DNA from: Bacteroidia bacterium
Lineage (GTDB): Bacteria; Bacteroidota; Bacteroidia; NS11-12g; UBA9320
Direction of reading: 5' to 3'
DNA length: 64,000 bases
Assembly: GCA_965216465.1 (NCBI GenBank)
Contig: CBDCFW010000001.1
Span: 128,001 to 192,000 of the forward strand
Position numbers and translations under genes: made by a program. Every line of letters begins with the position of its first letter. Position 1 is the first letter of the stretch. Shown one piece after another: positions 49,475 to 60,912 of the stretch. The notes under the pieces were generated by a model. It made no database searches. It saw only the letters and a program-made list of their open reading frames with translations, and was not told the DNA's origin.

Positions 49475-50360
49475 TCTCACACTATTGTTTTTAGCACTGT
49501 GCTTTTCAAGCCAGGCACAAAACGATAGCATTAATTATAAACTTCGAAAGCAAATTGTAATTGGTGGAAATGCAATTGCTTACACTTCTACCATGGTGGG
49601 TCTATATCACCTTTGGTATAAAGACCATGACCTGGGGAAATTTCATTGGTTCAACGATAATGCTGAATGGAATCAGATGGATAAGGTAGGCCATACCTAT
49701 TCGTGTTACTATGAAGGTGTCGCTGGAATTGAGATGATGAAATGGGCTGGCTACAATCACAAACAAGCTTCTTGGATAGGTGGTTCGTATGGTTTCTTCA
49801 TACAATCTGGGGTTGAAATTTTTGATGGATTCTCTAATGGTTGGGGAGCTAGTTATGGAGACATAATAGCCAATACAGTAGGAAGTGGAATGGCTATCTC
49901 TCAAAGTCTATTGTGGGACGAACAACGCATAACGATGAAGTATTCTTACTCCCGTTCTCCTTATGATAAAATTCGCCCAAACGTACTCGGTAATAATCTC
50001 CCAGAACGTATGCTTAAAGACTACAATGCTCAAACTTATTGGTTGAGCACTAACATAAAAGCATTTGCTCCAGAATCAAAATGGCCAGATTGGTTATGCA
50101 TTGCAGTTGGTTATGGAGCGGACGGTATGATAGGCGGTCATGACAATGTTTTTGATCGCGATTGGGTCGTTTACGACTATTCTCACATCCCACGTGCGAG
50201 GCAATTTTACCTTGCACCTGATATCGACCTAACCAAAATAAAGACGGATAGCAAGCTCTTAAAAGGAGTTCTAATCGTTGCTAATTCTATCAAATTTCCT
50301 TTGCCAGCTCTTGAATATCATTCTAAAAATGGATTTAGAGGTCATATTATTATGTTCTAA
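49446..50360 (+). CDS. DUF2279 / YfiM-like protein
   Basis: DNAEW.QMDK.GH, EIFDGFS..WGAS..D, KDYNAQTYW. Confidence 0.78.
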   Translation: MLLKRLYCHSLTLLFLALCFSSQAQNDSINYKLRKQIVIGGNAIAYTSTMVGLYHLWYKDHDLGKFHWFNDNAEWNQMDKVGHTYSCYYEGVAGIEMMKWAGYNHKQASWIGGSYGFFIQSGVEIFDGFSNGWGASYGDIIANTVGSGMAISQSLLWDEQRITMKYSYSRSPYDKIRPNVLGNNLPERMLKDYNAQTYWLSTNIKAFAPESKWPDWLCIAVGYGADGMIGGHDNVFDRDWVVYDYSHIPRARQFYLAPDIDLTKIKTDSKLLKGVLIVANSIKFPLPALEYHSKNGFRGHIIMF

Positions 50361-50377
50361 TTCGTAAATTTGGCCAT

Positions 50378-50971
50378 ATGAAAATGGCTAAAAGTGTTGA
50401 AGAGTATTTGAGTTTTCACCCTGAGTGGGCCGATTCTCTACAAATCTTGCGAAAAGTAGTTTCAAACCTCGGTATGGAAGAGGAAATGAAATGGGGGGCC
50501 CCACATTATACAGTTAATAAAAAGAATGTTGTCGGTTTAGGAGCCTTCAAATCGTATGTCGGCTTGTGGTTTCATCAAGGTGTATTCTTAAAAGACGAGG
50601 CTAAGGTATTGATTAATGCTCAAGAGGGTACAACCAAAGCACTTCGTCAATGGCGATTCAATTCTCCAACAGAAATTGATGAAGATCTTGTCAAGACCTA
50701 TGTCTTGGAAGCCATAGAAAATCAAAAGGCGGGAAAGATGATTAAACCAGAACGTCAGAAAACCTATGACATGCCAGACGAGCTCAAGCATGCCTTGAAG
50801 ACTAATGATGATCTAGCTCAGCACTTCTTTCAACTGACTTTTGGAAAACAAAAAGAATATGCCAATCACATCTCGAGTGCAAAACAAGAAGCAACTCGGC
50901 TTAAAAGATTGGATAAAATTACCCCGATGATCTTGTCAGGAATTGGTTTAAACGATAAATACCGAAAGTGA
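50378..50971 (+). CDS. YdeI/OmpD-associated (DUF1801) protein
   Basis: KWGAPHY, WFHQG, RQWRF, AKQEATR..R. Confidence 0.85.
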   Translation: MKMAKSVEEYLSFHPEWADSLQILRKVVSNLGMEEEMKWGAPHYTVNKKNVVGLGAFKSYVGLWFHQGVFLKDEAKVLINAQEGTTKALRQWRFNSPTEIDEDLVKTYVLEAIENQKAGKMIKPERQKTYDMPDELKHALKTNDDLAQHFFQLTFGKQKEYANHISSAKQEATRLKRLDKITPMILSGIGLNDKYRK

Positions 50972-51258
50972 GCAGTGGAGGACACATGTCGCTGATGCAA
51001 AGCATGTTGCGTAACAATGGCTTAGTAGGCAGAAAGCATACTTATTTTGACAACAAGAACCTGTATGTAGGATTAGCAGATAAACAATACCATAAAAGAT
51101 TTAAGCAGCTAACACCAGCTGAAAAAGAAGAAATTCGTTTACTGATTAAGAAAAGAAGAGAGCGGGAAGGAATTCGAAACCTGATACTATTATTTGTTGC
51201 TCTTGGAATAACAGGATGGTTGTTTTGGTATGGCTTTCAAATGTTAGAGTCTGCGTAA
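50968..51258 (+). CDS. Hypothetical protein with a C-terminal TM helix
   Basis: 96 aa; GTGA overlap with the upstream stop codon. Confidence 0.55.
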   Translation: MSSGGHMSLMQSMLRNNGLVGRKHTYFDNKNLYVGLADKQYHKRFKQLTPAEKEEIRLLIKKRREREGIRNLILLFVALGITGWLFWYGFQMLESA

Positions 51259-52116
51259 TTCGCCACTATGCTCCCTCCTATCATCGAAAATCATTTCTTT
51301 CTTACGCCACGAGCCCTTTTCAAATTCTAAGAAGTCGTATGTTCCATCGGGCACGTAGTTCTCATATCTGCCTTCCAACGCCGGGTTTATGGGTACCAGA
51401 TTGGCATATACAATGGCCTCTTCGTCAGGATCATACCTACAAATCATAGCTGCCTTATCAGCAAAATCAAATATGATGCGTGATTGCATGTCTCCATCGT
51501 AGTTAAAGATTTCTTTACCGAAGTGAGGTTTATCCTCTTCATCGAACCAAAGTACTTCGATAATCTTGCGGTTCGTTCGAGAATCTTGACCATCCCAGCC
51601 AAAAAGCAGGTAGTGATCTTCGCGTTTCCAGCGGTAATGGTGTACTTGGTAATACAGGGCCCCCATCCAATGTTTATGGTCAAACTCGCCATAAATGACA
51701 TCTCTGTTGTAGTCTGAACTATCGTAAAGGCCATACAACACCAAGCTGTCGGCGTTATTCATTTGGATAGCCCCGAAGTACATGTACTTGCCCGAATCGA
51801 GGAGAAGATTCCAGGTGAATATTCTAAACTTATTGTCGTCGGGTCTAAGAGCAGACACCGTTCTGAGTGAAGTAAAGTCATAGTAAAAGGACTGAGGTAC
51901 CTGCAATGCTTCTTTCAACGTTTGGATAAAATAATAACAGCTTGTTATTCTTTCCTGCTTGTCTTCAGCATTGATAATGTTGTAACTCAGTCCTTCTAAC
52001 TGATACTCATAATTTCGAATTGAGTCGAAATTAACCGAGTCTATTACAGCTTTTTTGCTGCGCTGGGCAAAGCTCAAGCTCGAAATAAAAATCAATATCC
52101 AAGTTACAAACCTCAT
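51244..52116 (-). CDS. Conserved hypothetical secreted protein
   Basis: 290 aa with signal peptide; FRIFTWN, W.GALYY, YVPDGTYD motifs. Confidence 0.75.
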   Translation of the reverse strand: MRFVTWILIFISSLSFAQRSKKAVIDSVNFDSIRNYEYQLEGLSYNIINAEDKQERITSCYYFIQTLKEALQVPQSFYYDFTSLRTVSALRPDDNKFRIFTWNLLLDSGKYMYFGAIQMNNADSLVLYGLYDSSDYNRDVIYGEFDHKHWMGALYYQVHHYRWKREDHYLLFGWDGQDSRTNRKIIEVLWFDEEDKPHFGKEIFNYDGDMQSRIIFDFADKAAMICRYDPDEEAIVYANLVPINPALEGRYENYVPDGTYDFLEFEKGSWRKKEMIFDDRREHSGELRRL

Positions 52117-52165
52117 CGTATACTATAACTTAGAATTATCAATTTTCGTGCCCAAACAGATTAAA

Positions 52166-53344
52166 TTAGATGTTGCGGATAACCATAGCACTGGCTCCAC
52201 CCCCACCGTTACAAATACCAGCAGCACCAATTTTACCGCCGTTTTGTTTCAATACGTTGATAAGTGTAACCAAGATTCTTGCTCCCGATGCTCCAAGTGG
52301 ATGACCAAGGGCAACTGCACCACCATTCACATTAACTTTTGCTGGGTCTAGGTTTAATAGCTTGTTATTTACAAGGGCAACAACTGAAAATGCTTCGTTT
52401 AACTCAAATGCATCAACATCATCAATTGAGCAGCCTGCTCTTTCAAGTGCTATAGGAACTGCCTTTGCTGGTGCCGTAGTGAAGTACTCAGGTTCATGTG
52501 CTGCGTCAGCAAACGAAACAACTTCTGCAATTGGAGTTAATCCCAATTCTTTTACTTTGTCTTCGCTAGCTAAAATGATACAAGCTGCTCCGTCGTTAAT
52601 TGTAGACGCATTTGCAGCAGTTACCGTACCATCTTTTTCAAAAACTGGTCTCAAACTCGGAATTTTCTCAAATTTCACATTTCTGAATTCCTCATCTTCG
52701 TTCATTACAATAGGATCTCCTCTTCTTTGTGGAATCTCAACAGGAACAATCTCATCCTTAAATTTCCCAGCCTCAGAAGAAGCAGCAGATTTTTTGTATG
52801 AATTGATTGCAAATTCGTCTTGTTCTTCACGTGAGATGTCATAATCTTTGGCTGTTTTATCAGCTGCATTACCCATCATGTATTCGTTATAAACGTCGCG
52901 TAATCCGTCGTACGCTAAACCGTCAACAGCTGTGAAGTTTCCGTATTTATATCCTCCTCGAGAGTTAGGAAGGTAGTGAGGAACCTGGCTCATGTTTTCC
53001 ATTCCTCCGGTAACTACAATATCGTTGTGTCCTAGCATGATTGAAGAAGCCCCTAAAGCAACGGTCTTCATTCCACTTGCACATACTTTATTTACTGTGG
53101 TACATGGTGTTGTATTCGGAAGACCTGCATAAATCGCTGCCTGTCGAGCTGGAGCTTGTCCTAAGCCCGCTTGCAAAACATTTCCGAAGAAAACCTCGTC
53201 TACTTGATCAGGTTGAACACCTGCTTTTTCTAAAGCTCCTTTAATCGCAACCGATCCAAGTTTTGGAGCCGATATTCCGCTTAGTTTGCCATTAAAACTT
53301 CCCATTGGTGTTCTAACTGCAGCAACAATATATACTGATTTCAT
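52166..53344 (-). CDS. atoB: Acetyl-CoA C-acetyltransferase (thiolase)
   Basis: NKVCASG, NEAF, GHPLGASG, CNGGGG; TATCTTTG box at 53350-53357. Confidence 0.92.
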   Translation of the reverse strand: MKSVYIVAAVRTPMGSFNGKLSGISAPKLGSVAIKGALEKAGVQPDQVDEVFFGNVLQAGLGQAPARQAAIYAGLPNTTPCTTVNKVCASGMKTVALGASSIMLGHNDIVVTGGMENMSQVPHYLPNSRGGYKYGNFTAVDGLAYDGLRDVYNEYMMGNAADKTAKDYDISREEQDEFAINSYKKSAASSEAGKFKDEIVPVEIPQRRGDPIVMNEDEEFRNVKFEKIPSLRPVFEKDGTVTAANASTINDGAACIILASEDKVKELGLTPIAEVVSFADAAHEPEYFTTAPAKAVPIALERAGCSIDDVDAFELNEAFSVVALVNNKLLNLDPAKVNVNGGAVALGHPLGASGARILVTLINVLKQNGGKIGAAGICNGGGGASAMVIRNI

Positions 53345-53515
53345 TGGTGCAAAGATAGTGCATTATAAACACAATTCTTGTGTAGCTAAACGTCAGAGCT
53401 ATCTACATAATACCAACTCTTTTTAATTAATAAAAATGACTAACAATTCGAACCGATGTAAGATATATGTCATTGTTTACTAACGGTTTGCTTACCTATT
53501 TTATCAAAATTAGAT

Positions 53516-55114
53516 TTGACGCGACTGATGAATTCTCGCTCTAACCCCGCTAAGTATAAAAACCTTTTGGTCACTCTCTTCTTTTTAGTTTATGCCATCG
53601 TTATGCTGGTCATGAATCTTAAAGTACCAATTGGTGGAGATGAACCATTCTCAATTTTCTATGCCCAAAGAAGTACTTTAGAGATAATTAACGCTCTTAA
53701 GTACGGAAATAACCCTCCTCTTTTTGAAATAATACTGCACTTTTGGATTCATCTATTTGGCACGTCTACCCTTGCTGTTAAAGCACTTCCTGTTTTATTC
53801 AATACGCTCACCTCCTTTTTTATATATCGACTAATACTGACGAAGTTCAACACTCTAATGGCCCTTATGGGTGCTGTTTTGCTAGCCGTAAGTAACCTTA
53901 ATTTTGGGTTTTTGTTGGATGTAAGAGCCTACTCACTCCTTGCATGGTTAACTACCATGTTGATTTTCTTTATTGTCACTAAGAAGCTAGATTCTCTTCG
54001 ATCTATGCTCCCAATAGTCTTGGTCTCGATAGTAATGATTTACACCCATTACTTCGGTATTCTTATCGTGTTCACCTTAGGTGCAGTGGTTGCCCTGAAT
54101 GCGGCTACCAAGAAAACATATAGTTTAAAAGTAATTGGTGTCGGATACCTCATAATTTTGGCATCGCTAGCTCCTATTGTACCTCTTCTTTTTATGCAAG
54201 CCCACTATGCAGTTTCAAATGGGAACTGGTTGCAGCCGATCCAAAATGTAGGAAACCTACATGATTCATTTCTACATTTTCTCAATGGAAGTAGATTATT
54301 GTACCTGATTGGCCTTGTTTGCCTGTATACAGCGTTAAGCAAAAGAAATAGGACTAAGTTAAAAAAGGCTTCTATTTTAGTACTGTTCGCACTCCTTGCT
54401 GTTAGTTCTTCAGTTCACTTTAATCTACCATTTATTTGGAAACTAACCAGTCAGTTGTGGTTTAATGCCCTATTCCTTATAACTCTTCTTTTTTTCACAA
54501 TTCGGGCAATGTATAAATCAAGAACCGACATTTATCTTCTATCCATTATTTCCGTTGGATTCTTGCTTCCATTGCTCATCTATATTCTAAGTCTATGGAT
54601 ACCGCTTTATACCGAAAAATACATCTCATTTGCCTTTCCTTGCCTAGCCATCATCATTCTTGGTAGCATTATTGAACTGTTTGCTGTTTGGCGATCTCGT
54701 TACGTTTTAACCGGGTGTTTTATCATAATTATGGTTCTCGGATTTGATACTAATGCATTCAAGCAGACAAATATTGTAGAAGTTACGGACGACGTCAAAT
54801 CTTGGAAAACAGATGATGAATGCATTGTAATTACTCCTTACTATTGTGACAAGGTATTTTTATATCACTACAATAAAGCAATATTCAACAATTATCAGAA
54901 CTATAGTGATGAGCTGGTTAATAACTCGATATTCAAAGTAAATTCAGTTGATCAAATAGCTCTAGAGTTGTCTAAAAAAAACTATCTCATATTGGTTAAG
55001 AAATTCTGCGGCGAAACCCATACGGCCGAATCGAATCTATTGAAGCACTTTCATTTGGTTAAAGAAAAGAAATATGAAGACCAAACCGTTATTGAGTATT
55101 ACAGCCGAAATTAA
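53516..55114 (+). CDS. GT39/ArnT-like membrane glycosyltransferase
   Basis: DEPFS, NNPPLF, VRAYSL, YTHYF motifs and many TM helices. Confidence 0.8.
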   Translation: MTRLMNSRSNPAKYKNLLVTLFFLVYAIVMLVMNLKVPIGGDEPFSIFYAQRSTLEIINALKYGNNPPLFEIILHFWIHLFGTSTLAVKALPVLFNTLTSFFIYRLILTKFNTLMALMGAVLLAVSNLNFGFLLDVRAYSLLAWLTTMLIFFIVTKKLDSLRSMLPIVLVSIVMIYTHYFGILIVFTLGAVVALNAATKKTYSLKVIGVGYLIILASLAPIVPLLFMQAHYAVSNGNWLQPIQNVGNLHDSFLHFLNGSRLLYLIGLVCLYTALSKRNRTKLKKASILVLFALLAVSSSVHFNLPFIWKLTSQLWFNALFLITLLFFTIRAMYKSRTDIYLLSIISVGFLLPLLIYILSLWIPLYTEKYISFAFPCLAIIILGSIIELFAVWRSRYVLTGCFIIIMVLGFDTNAFKQTNIVEVTDDVKSWKTDDECIVITPYYCDKVFLYHYNKAIFNNYQNYSDELVNNSIFKVNSVDQIALELSKKNYLILVKKFCGETHTAESNLLKHFHLVKEKKYEDQTVIEYYSRN

Positions 55115-56352
55115 TTCAATTGCTGTCTGAAGCCAATTCTCAAGCCACTGGCATATTGATTTTGATTCACTGGATAAGGCTGTTTGAACGTTGAGTTGAT
55201 GTTCGATTTAAAGTGCGGGTTGATGAACATTTCCAATCGATTTCCAACAAACTGTGAAACGGTAAACCCTGCAGAAACCCCCATTCCGTACATTCTAAAT
55301 ATTTCTTCCTTAGAAGTAATCCAGTAGTAATAGTCGGTGTCGAAGTCATAAACTAATGCGTTTACATTGTCTAGCTTTTGAAAATGAACCCCAGCATTAA
55401 ACGAAACTTTCGATTTGTCAAACACAAAGGCATCGTAACTCAAATTTAATGGTACCTCCACATAAGAATATCGGTTTGAATATGGAATATTGTTTTCAGG
55501 AGATTCAGTCTTATAAACCTCATACATTGGATCTTGGCCTAGAAAATTAGATCTGTTGTAGTTTAGGTTTTGTTTATCCACCCCACAGATTTGAATCTGT
55601 TCACCGTATTGAGCATAATGAATACCCGAGTTCAAAGTTAGTTTAGGCGTAATTCTTCTTCCAATATCTATTCCAACAGTGTAAGAAGTAATCGCTTTAT
55701 CGCTAATGTTTCTTTGTTCTTCAGTTAAACCGTATACATAACGGTAGTTTCCAACTACCTTAACACCGTTTACATTGGTCGGATCGTAACCAAAGCTTCT
55801 ATAACTCAAGGTCGGAGCAAAACTGATTCCGATAGACCATTTCCCGGTATGCGGTGTAAGGTTTGGATTAATTAAGTATTCGTTCTCTAACCTACTGAAA
55901 TACTTAGCCAAAACCGGGTTGTTAATTTGAAATGACAAATCAACATCAGAAATATTCTCTAAACTTCTAAAATCTTCAAAACGAGGCAAAGTTTGAAACT
56001 GTGTTTGATCCGGTTCAATAATCACCGCAGGACGAGTTCGTACCTCTTCGAACGAATTCTTCTTAATAGGAGAAAATAATGTCAGCTCTGGAATATCTTC
56101 GGTATAGCGTGGTGTGTAGTCAAATACAATATCAGACTCTTTGATGGGTTCGTCTACAACAACTTCTTCTTTGCTCTCCCAGAGTTTTCCAATTTCGAAG
56201 TTTAATTCTTTGAACGATTTTCCTGTAATCAGGCTATAGGTTTGAAACCCAAGTAGACCCAAACCAGCAACAACCAATGGTGTAACAACGATGGTTGCCA
56301 TCGAAGCCTTACCTAGGAGTGCTTTCTTTATATTTTGAAGTTGGTAGCCCAC
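55111..56352 (-). CDS. Outer-membrane beta-barrel domain protein with an N-terminal anchor
   Basis: N-terminal hydrophobic helix; C-terminal strands including YVEVPLNLSY. Confidence 0.7.
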   Translation of the reverse strand: MGYQLQNIKKALLGKASMATIVVTPLVVAGLGLLGFQTYSLITGKSFKELNFEIGKLWESKEEVVVDEPIKESDIVFDYTPRYTEDIPELTLFSPIKKNSFEEVRTRPAVIIEPDQTQFQTLPRFEDFRSLENISDVDLSFQINNPVLAKYFSRLENEYLINPNLTPHTGKWSIGISFAPTLSYRSFGYDPTNVNGVKVVGNYRYVYGLTEEQRNISDKAITSYTVGIDIGRRITPKLTLNSGIHYAQYGEQIQICGVDKQNLNYNRSNFLGQDPMYEVYKTESPENNIPYSNRYSYVEVPLNLSYDAFVFDKSKVSFNAGVHFQKLDNVNALVYDFDTDYYYWITSKEEIFRMYGMGVSAGFTVSQFVGNRLEMFINPHFKSNINSTFKQPYPVNQNQYASGLRIGFRQQLN

Positions 56353-56488
56353 TATTTTAGCAAAAATAACTTTTCAAAGAAGTTAAGAGTCAACATTTTA
56401 ACGTGTTTGACCGAAATATGAGATAATGATTGATTTTATAAAATTTAGATAGCGCTACACAATAACGCAAAAGTGCTTCATTTTCGTG

Positions 56489-57115
56489 CTATGGTTGAAG
56501 CCTTACCAACTCCCAACTACCCTCATTTAGCCTATATAACAGTCTGTCGTGCAGCCGGTTAGCCCTACCCTGCCAAAATTCAATTTCGTATGCTTGAACA
56601 GCATATCCTCCCCAATGATCGGGCCTTGAAACTGATTTATCGTCATAGTACTCAATTTTGGCCTTCAACTTAGCTTCTAACGCTTCTCTAGACTCAATTT
56701 CTTCACTTTGGTTAGAAGCCCATGCTCCTATTCTACTTTCAACAGGACGTGAATCGTAGTATTCATCAGATTCAGAAGAGTCAATTTTGGTGGCGCTACC
56801 TCGTACAATTACTTGTCTCTCCATCGGTAACCAAAGGAATAATAAAGAGCAATATGGGTTTTCAGCTAGTTGCTGGCCTTTGTTACTCTTATAATTGGTA
56901 AAAAAGACAAATTCTTCATCACGTATGCCTTTTAACAGCACTGTTCTGCTGTCTACCCTGTTATTAAGCGAGGTAGAAAGCGTCATGGCATTTGGTTCTA
57001 AAACGTTGTTTTCTTGTGCCTGATCAAACCACAACTGAAACATTTCAAACGGGTTGCTTAAGGCTTCCTCTTCGAGGAGTTGAGACTTGGTATAGTTTCT
57101 ACGTAAGTCTTTCAT
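56489..57115 (-). CDS. pdxH: Pyridoxamine 5'-phosphate oxidase
   Basis: RTVLLK, FFTNY.S.KG, EFWQGR..RLHDR. Confidence 0.95.
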   Translation of the reverse strand: MKDLRRNYTKSQLLEEEALSNPFEMFQLWFDQAQENNVLEPNAMTLSTSLNNRVDSRTVLLKGIRDEEFVFFTNYKSNKGQQLAENPYCSLLFLWLPMERQVIVRGSATKIDSSESDEYYDSRPVESRIGAWASNQSEEIESREALEAKLKAKIEYYDDKSVSRPDHWGGYAVQAYEIEFWQGRANRLHDRLLYRLNEGSWELVRLQP

Positions 57116-58443
57116 TATCTTCTAAATGGAGTTCTTCCACCTAAGCTACGCATACCCTTTCCGCTATTCATGGCCTTCATCATCTTACGCATTTCATCGA
57201 ATTGCTTAACCAATTTATTTACTTCGGCAGTGCTTGTACCACTACCTTTTGCGATACGTTTTTTACGACTTCCGTCTAATACTTGAGGATTTTGACGCTC
57301 ATGAGTAGTCATACTTTGAATAATGGCCTCAATACCTTTAAAGCTATCATCATCAATATCAATGTCTTTTATGGCTTTTCCAACCCCAGGAATCATGCCC
57401 ATAAGGTCTTTAATGTTACCCATTTTCTTGATCTGGTTAAGCTGCTTTAAGAAATCGTCGAAATCAAATTGATTCTTACGCATTTTCTTTTGCAGTCGAG
57501 CTGCCTCTTCTTGGTCGAAGTTTTCTTGGGCTTTTTCAACAAACGACACGATGTCTCCCATTCCCAAGATACGATTTGCCATACGGTCTGGGTGGAATAC
57601 ATCAAGAGCATCCATTTTTTCACCCGTACTTACAAACTTGATCGGTTTGTTAACTACGGTTTTAATCGATATTGCCGCACCACCTCGAGTATCACCGTCA
57701 AGTTTTGTTAAGACAACACCATTAAAGTCTAGCTTGTCGTTAAAGGCCTTGGCCGTATTAACAGCATCCTGACCCGTCATCGAATCCACAACAAACAAGA
57801 TTTCCTGAGGCTTTAATTGGTCCTTCAGGTTGCCAATCTCGTTCATCATTTCCTGATCAACACTTAATCGACCAGCGGTATCGACAATTACCACATTGTT
57901 TTGGTGGGCTTTTGCATGCTTTATCGCATTTTGAGCAATGGCTACAGGGTTTTTAACATCATCTTCAGCGTAAACGCTTACACCAACTTGCTCACCTAAT
58001 ACCTTGATTTGGTTAATAGCTGCGGGACGATACACGTCGCAGGCAACCAGCAAAGGATTTCTTCCCTTCGATTTCAGGTGATTCGCAAGTTTTCCAGAAA
58101 AAGTAGTTTTACCAGAACCTTGAAGACCCGCAATTAAAATTACTGCAGGACTTCCTGTTAGGTTTATTGGTTTTGTTTCACCTCCTAAAAGCTCTTTTAA
58201 TTCATCGTTAACAATCTTGGTCATCATTTGACCAGGAGAAACGCTGGTTAGCACGTTCTGACCCAAAGCTTCTTCTTTCACTTTGTTCGTGAAATCTTTG
58301 GCAATCTTATAACTCACATCGGCATCAACTAAAGCTCGTCTAATCTCCTTAACTGTTTCTGCGATATTTAATTCTGTAAGCGATGAATGCCCTTTAAGCG
58401 TCTTAAAGGCACGGTCTAATCTGGATGATAAATTTTCGAACAT
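57115..58443 (-). CDS. ffh: Signal recognition particle protein
   Basis: GLQGSGKTT, DTAGR, TKLDGD.RGG and a Met-rich M domain. Confidence 0.97.
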   Translation of the reverse strand: MFENLSSRLDRAFKTLKGHSSLTELNIAETVKEIRRALVDADVSYKIAKDFTNKVKEEALGQNVLTSVSPGQMMTKIVNDELKELLGGETKPINLTGSPAVILIAGLQGSGKTTFSGKLANHLKSKGRNPLLVACDVYRPAAINQIKVLGEQVGVSVYAEDDVKNPVAIAQNAIKHAKAHQNNVVIVDTAGRLSVDQEMMNEIGNLKDQLKPQEILFVVDSMTGQDAVNTAKAFNDKLDFNGVVLTKLDGDTRGGAAISIKTVVNKPIKFVSTGEKMDALDVFHPDRMANRILGMGDIVSFVEKAQENFDQEEAARLQKKMRKNQFDFDDFLKQLNQIKKMGNIKDLMGMIPGVGKAIKDIDIDDDSFKGIEAIIQSMTTHERQNPQVLDGSRKKRIAKGSGTSTAEVNKLVKQFDEMRKMMKAMNSGKGMRSLGGRTPFRR

Positions 58444-58690
58444 TTTGTATAAAAATGGGCTGCGAATTTATTTAAAAAAAAGGCCACCAAAAAACTTTGG
58501 ATGCCTTATTATCGTTTTTAGCGATTCAACGCATTTAAGTTGCTCTTTTTAAGCGGAATTACGTCAATTCTTACGCACGATGTTTTCAATCAATTTTTCT
58601 AAGAATTCTGCATCCCAGAATACCTTCGTCCCAAATTGATTGAAATTATGTTTAAACGTAGGCAGTATTTGCATATTTTCGCCCTCCCAT

Positions 58691-59404
58691 ATGAAAAAGA
58701 CTTTAATCATACTAAGCGTTGCGATTGGATTGTACGCTTGTCAAGAGCAAAACAACGACCTTGAGAATGCGAAAAAACTGTATAAAATTGCCCAAGAAAA
58801 TCTTGATGCAAGCACAACCAAAGTAGCTCTAAACCAGTTAATTCTGTTAGATTCTACCAATATGGATTACAAAGATTCTTTGGCTCGTTTGTATATGGCA
58901 ACTGGTAATTACAAAGCAGGTTCTAAGCTCGGAAACTTGGTGTATTTAAGCGGTAAGGCTGATAATGAGCTTAAGGAAAGTCTTGCACTTTCTTACCAAC
59001 AGCTCAATGAAATTGATAAGGCAGAAAAGATGATTGAGGAATTATGGATCGACACCAAAAACTATAAATACCAATACCAAAAACTCGTTTTAGCTTACAA
59101 CAAACGTGATGTTATTGGTTTTGATACAATGGCCACCAATATGATCAATCTTATTGCAAGAGATTCAGTAGTTGCACAAACCACAGTGTCGCTAAGAGGC
59201 CCTGTTTCTGGAGTTAATCAGGATGTGCCATTGTTATCTGCTGTTTACTTTATTGTAGGAAATAATTCATTTGACAACGAGCAAAACGTTCAAAAATCGG
59301 TAGAGTATTTCACACGAAGCCTTAATATCTTCCCAGAATTTGAATTGGCTAGATACTCGCTTCAAGAAATCGAGCGAATGATTGCTGCCTCGCGCATGCA
59401 GTAG
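58691..59404 (+). CDS. TPR-like lipoprotein
   Basis: ATG at 58691 with lipobox LYAC; helical repeats. Confidence 0.7.
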   Translation: MKKTLIILSVAIGLYACQEQNNDLENAKKLYKIAQENLDASTTKVALNQLILLDSTNMDYKDSLARLYMATGNYKAGSKLGNLVYLSGKADNELKESLALSYQQLNEIDKAEKMIEELWIDTKNYKYQYQKLVLAYNKRDVIGFDTMATNMINLIARDSVVAQTTVSLRGPVSGVNQDVPLLSAVYFIVGNNSFDNEQNVQKSVEYFTRSLNIFPEFELARYSLQEIERMIAASRMQ

Positions 59405-59405
59405 T

Positions 59406-59936
59406 CTATTTAGACTCCCACTTCACTTCTTCTTTTCCTTCCTCGCGAAGGAATTCTCGACTGAGCACAAAAAGATAATCGCTCAAACGGTTTAAATATT
59501 GAACCAATATACCATAGTCATCATTTTCGAGAGCTACTACCCTTCTCTCAGCTCTACGGCAAACACTTCGTGCAACGTGAGCCTGAGCACTTAATACAGA
59601 GCCCCCGGGAAGAATAAAGTTTCTTAATGGCTCTAAATTCTCATTAAGCCTATCAATTTCTTTTTCAAGAGTCTCGATATCAGCAGCATCCACCGAAGGA
59701 AGTTCAAAGTTCACCTCGCGTTCAACAGCCAAAAGACTACCAATGTTAAACAAGCGGTGCTGAATATTTTGAAGAAATTCTTGATGCACTTTGCTTGACG
59801 AGCTTACTACTCCTAAAACAGAGTTTAATTCATCTACAGTTCCATAAGCTTCTAACTTCTGATGAGCCTTGCTTACTCGAGTTCCACCAAGCAATGATGT
59901 GGTTCCTTTATCTCCTGTTTTAGTGTAAATTTTCAT
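59406..59936 (-). CDS. Cob(I)alamin adenosyltransferase (PduO type)
   Basis: KIYTKTGDKG, YGTVDELNS, RRAER, NRLSD. Confidence 0.92.
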   Translation of the reverse strand: MKIYTKTGDKGTTSLLGGTRVSKAHQKLEAYGTVDELNSVLGVVSSSSKVHQEFLQNIQHRLFNIGSLLAVEREVNFELPSVDAADIETLEKEIDRLNENLEPLRNFILPGGSVLSAQAHVARSVCRRAERRVVALENDDYGILVQYLNRLSDYLFVLSREFLREEGKEEVKWESK

Positions 59937-59941
59937 CTTGG

Positions 59942-60622
59942 TTATATGTTTTCGTCGGTATCTACTTTACCATCAAGCAAACGAATTATACGCTTTGCAT
60001 TTTGGGCAATGTCCTCTTCATGCGTTACCATAATAACAGTATTGCCTTCGCTATGAATCTTGTCGAACAGGGCCATTATTTCACTGCTGCTTTTACTATC
60101 TAGATTTCCGGTTGGCTCATCAGCTAATACAATAGACGGGTTGTTTACCAATGCCCTTGCTATTGCAACACGCTGCCTTTGACCTCCTGAAAGTTCATTT
60201 GATTTATGATCACCTCGATTTCCTAAACCTACTTTTTCAAGTGCCGCTTGAGCCCTTTCGGTACGCTCAGTTTTAGACACACCCGCATAAATTAATGGAA
60301 GAGCAACATTTTCAATGGATGTTGTTCTGGGTAAGAGATTAAACGATTGAAATACAAAACCAATTTCTTTGTTTCTTACTTCTGCCAACTCGTCGTCGGT
60401 GCGTTTGCTGACATCTTTACCATTTAACAGATATCTTCCTTCAGTTGGCGTATCAAGACAACCAATCATGTTCATTAAGGTAGATTTTCCAGACCCTGAA
60501 GGTCCCATTAGAGCAACATACTCTCCTTTATCAATCTTGAGGTCCACACCATCCAGGGCATGGATTTCTGTGGTTCCCATTTTATAAATCTTGAAGAGGT
60601 CTGAAATATCAATCTGAGGCAT
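59942..60622 (-). CDS. LolD/MacB-like ABC ATP-binding protein
   Basis: [25 protein letters not shown]. Confidence 0.9.
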   Translation of the reverse strand: MPQIDISDLFKIYKMGTTEIHALDGVDLKIDKGEYVALMGPSGSGKSTLMNMIGCLDTPTEGRYLLNGKDVSKRTDDELAEVRNKEIGFVFQSFNLLPRTTSIENVALPLIYAGVSKTERTERAQAALEKVGLGNRGDHKSNELSGGQRQRVAIARALVNNPSIVLADEPTGNLDSKSSSEIMALFDKIHSEGNTVIMVTHEEDIAQNAKRIIRLLDGKVDTDENI

Positions 60623-60912
60623 TACTTCTTTATCACTTTTGGAACTTTGAAGTAATCAGAATCTTTTGATGGAGCATTTTTGAGTACTAGCTCTTTTGCA
60701 AGGTGATCTTTGGCAACATCTTCTCGCAAAACATTTTGCTCGTGACTCATGTATACTAAAGGCTCAACATTCTCTGTATCAACTTCTCTAAGCTGGTCAC
60801 AGAAGTCAATTATTTTACCTAAATCGGATTTAATATGCACCTTGTCTTCGTCCTTAAACTCTAATCGAGCTAAGTGAGCCAAGTCATCTATTAGTTTGTC
60901 GTCAACTTTCAT
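60622..60912 (-). CDS. gatC: Asp/Glu-tRNA amidotransferase subunit C
   Basis: [21 protein letters not shown]....YFKVPKVI. Confidence 0.92.
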   Translation of the reverse strand: MKVDDKLIDDLAHLARLEFKDEDKVHIKSDLGKIIDFCDQLREVDTENVEPLVYMSHEQNVLREDVAKDHLAKELVLKNAPSKDSDYFKVPKVIKK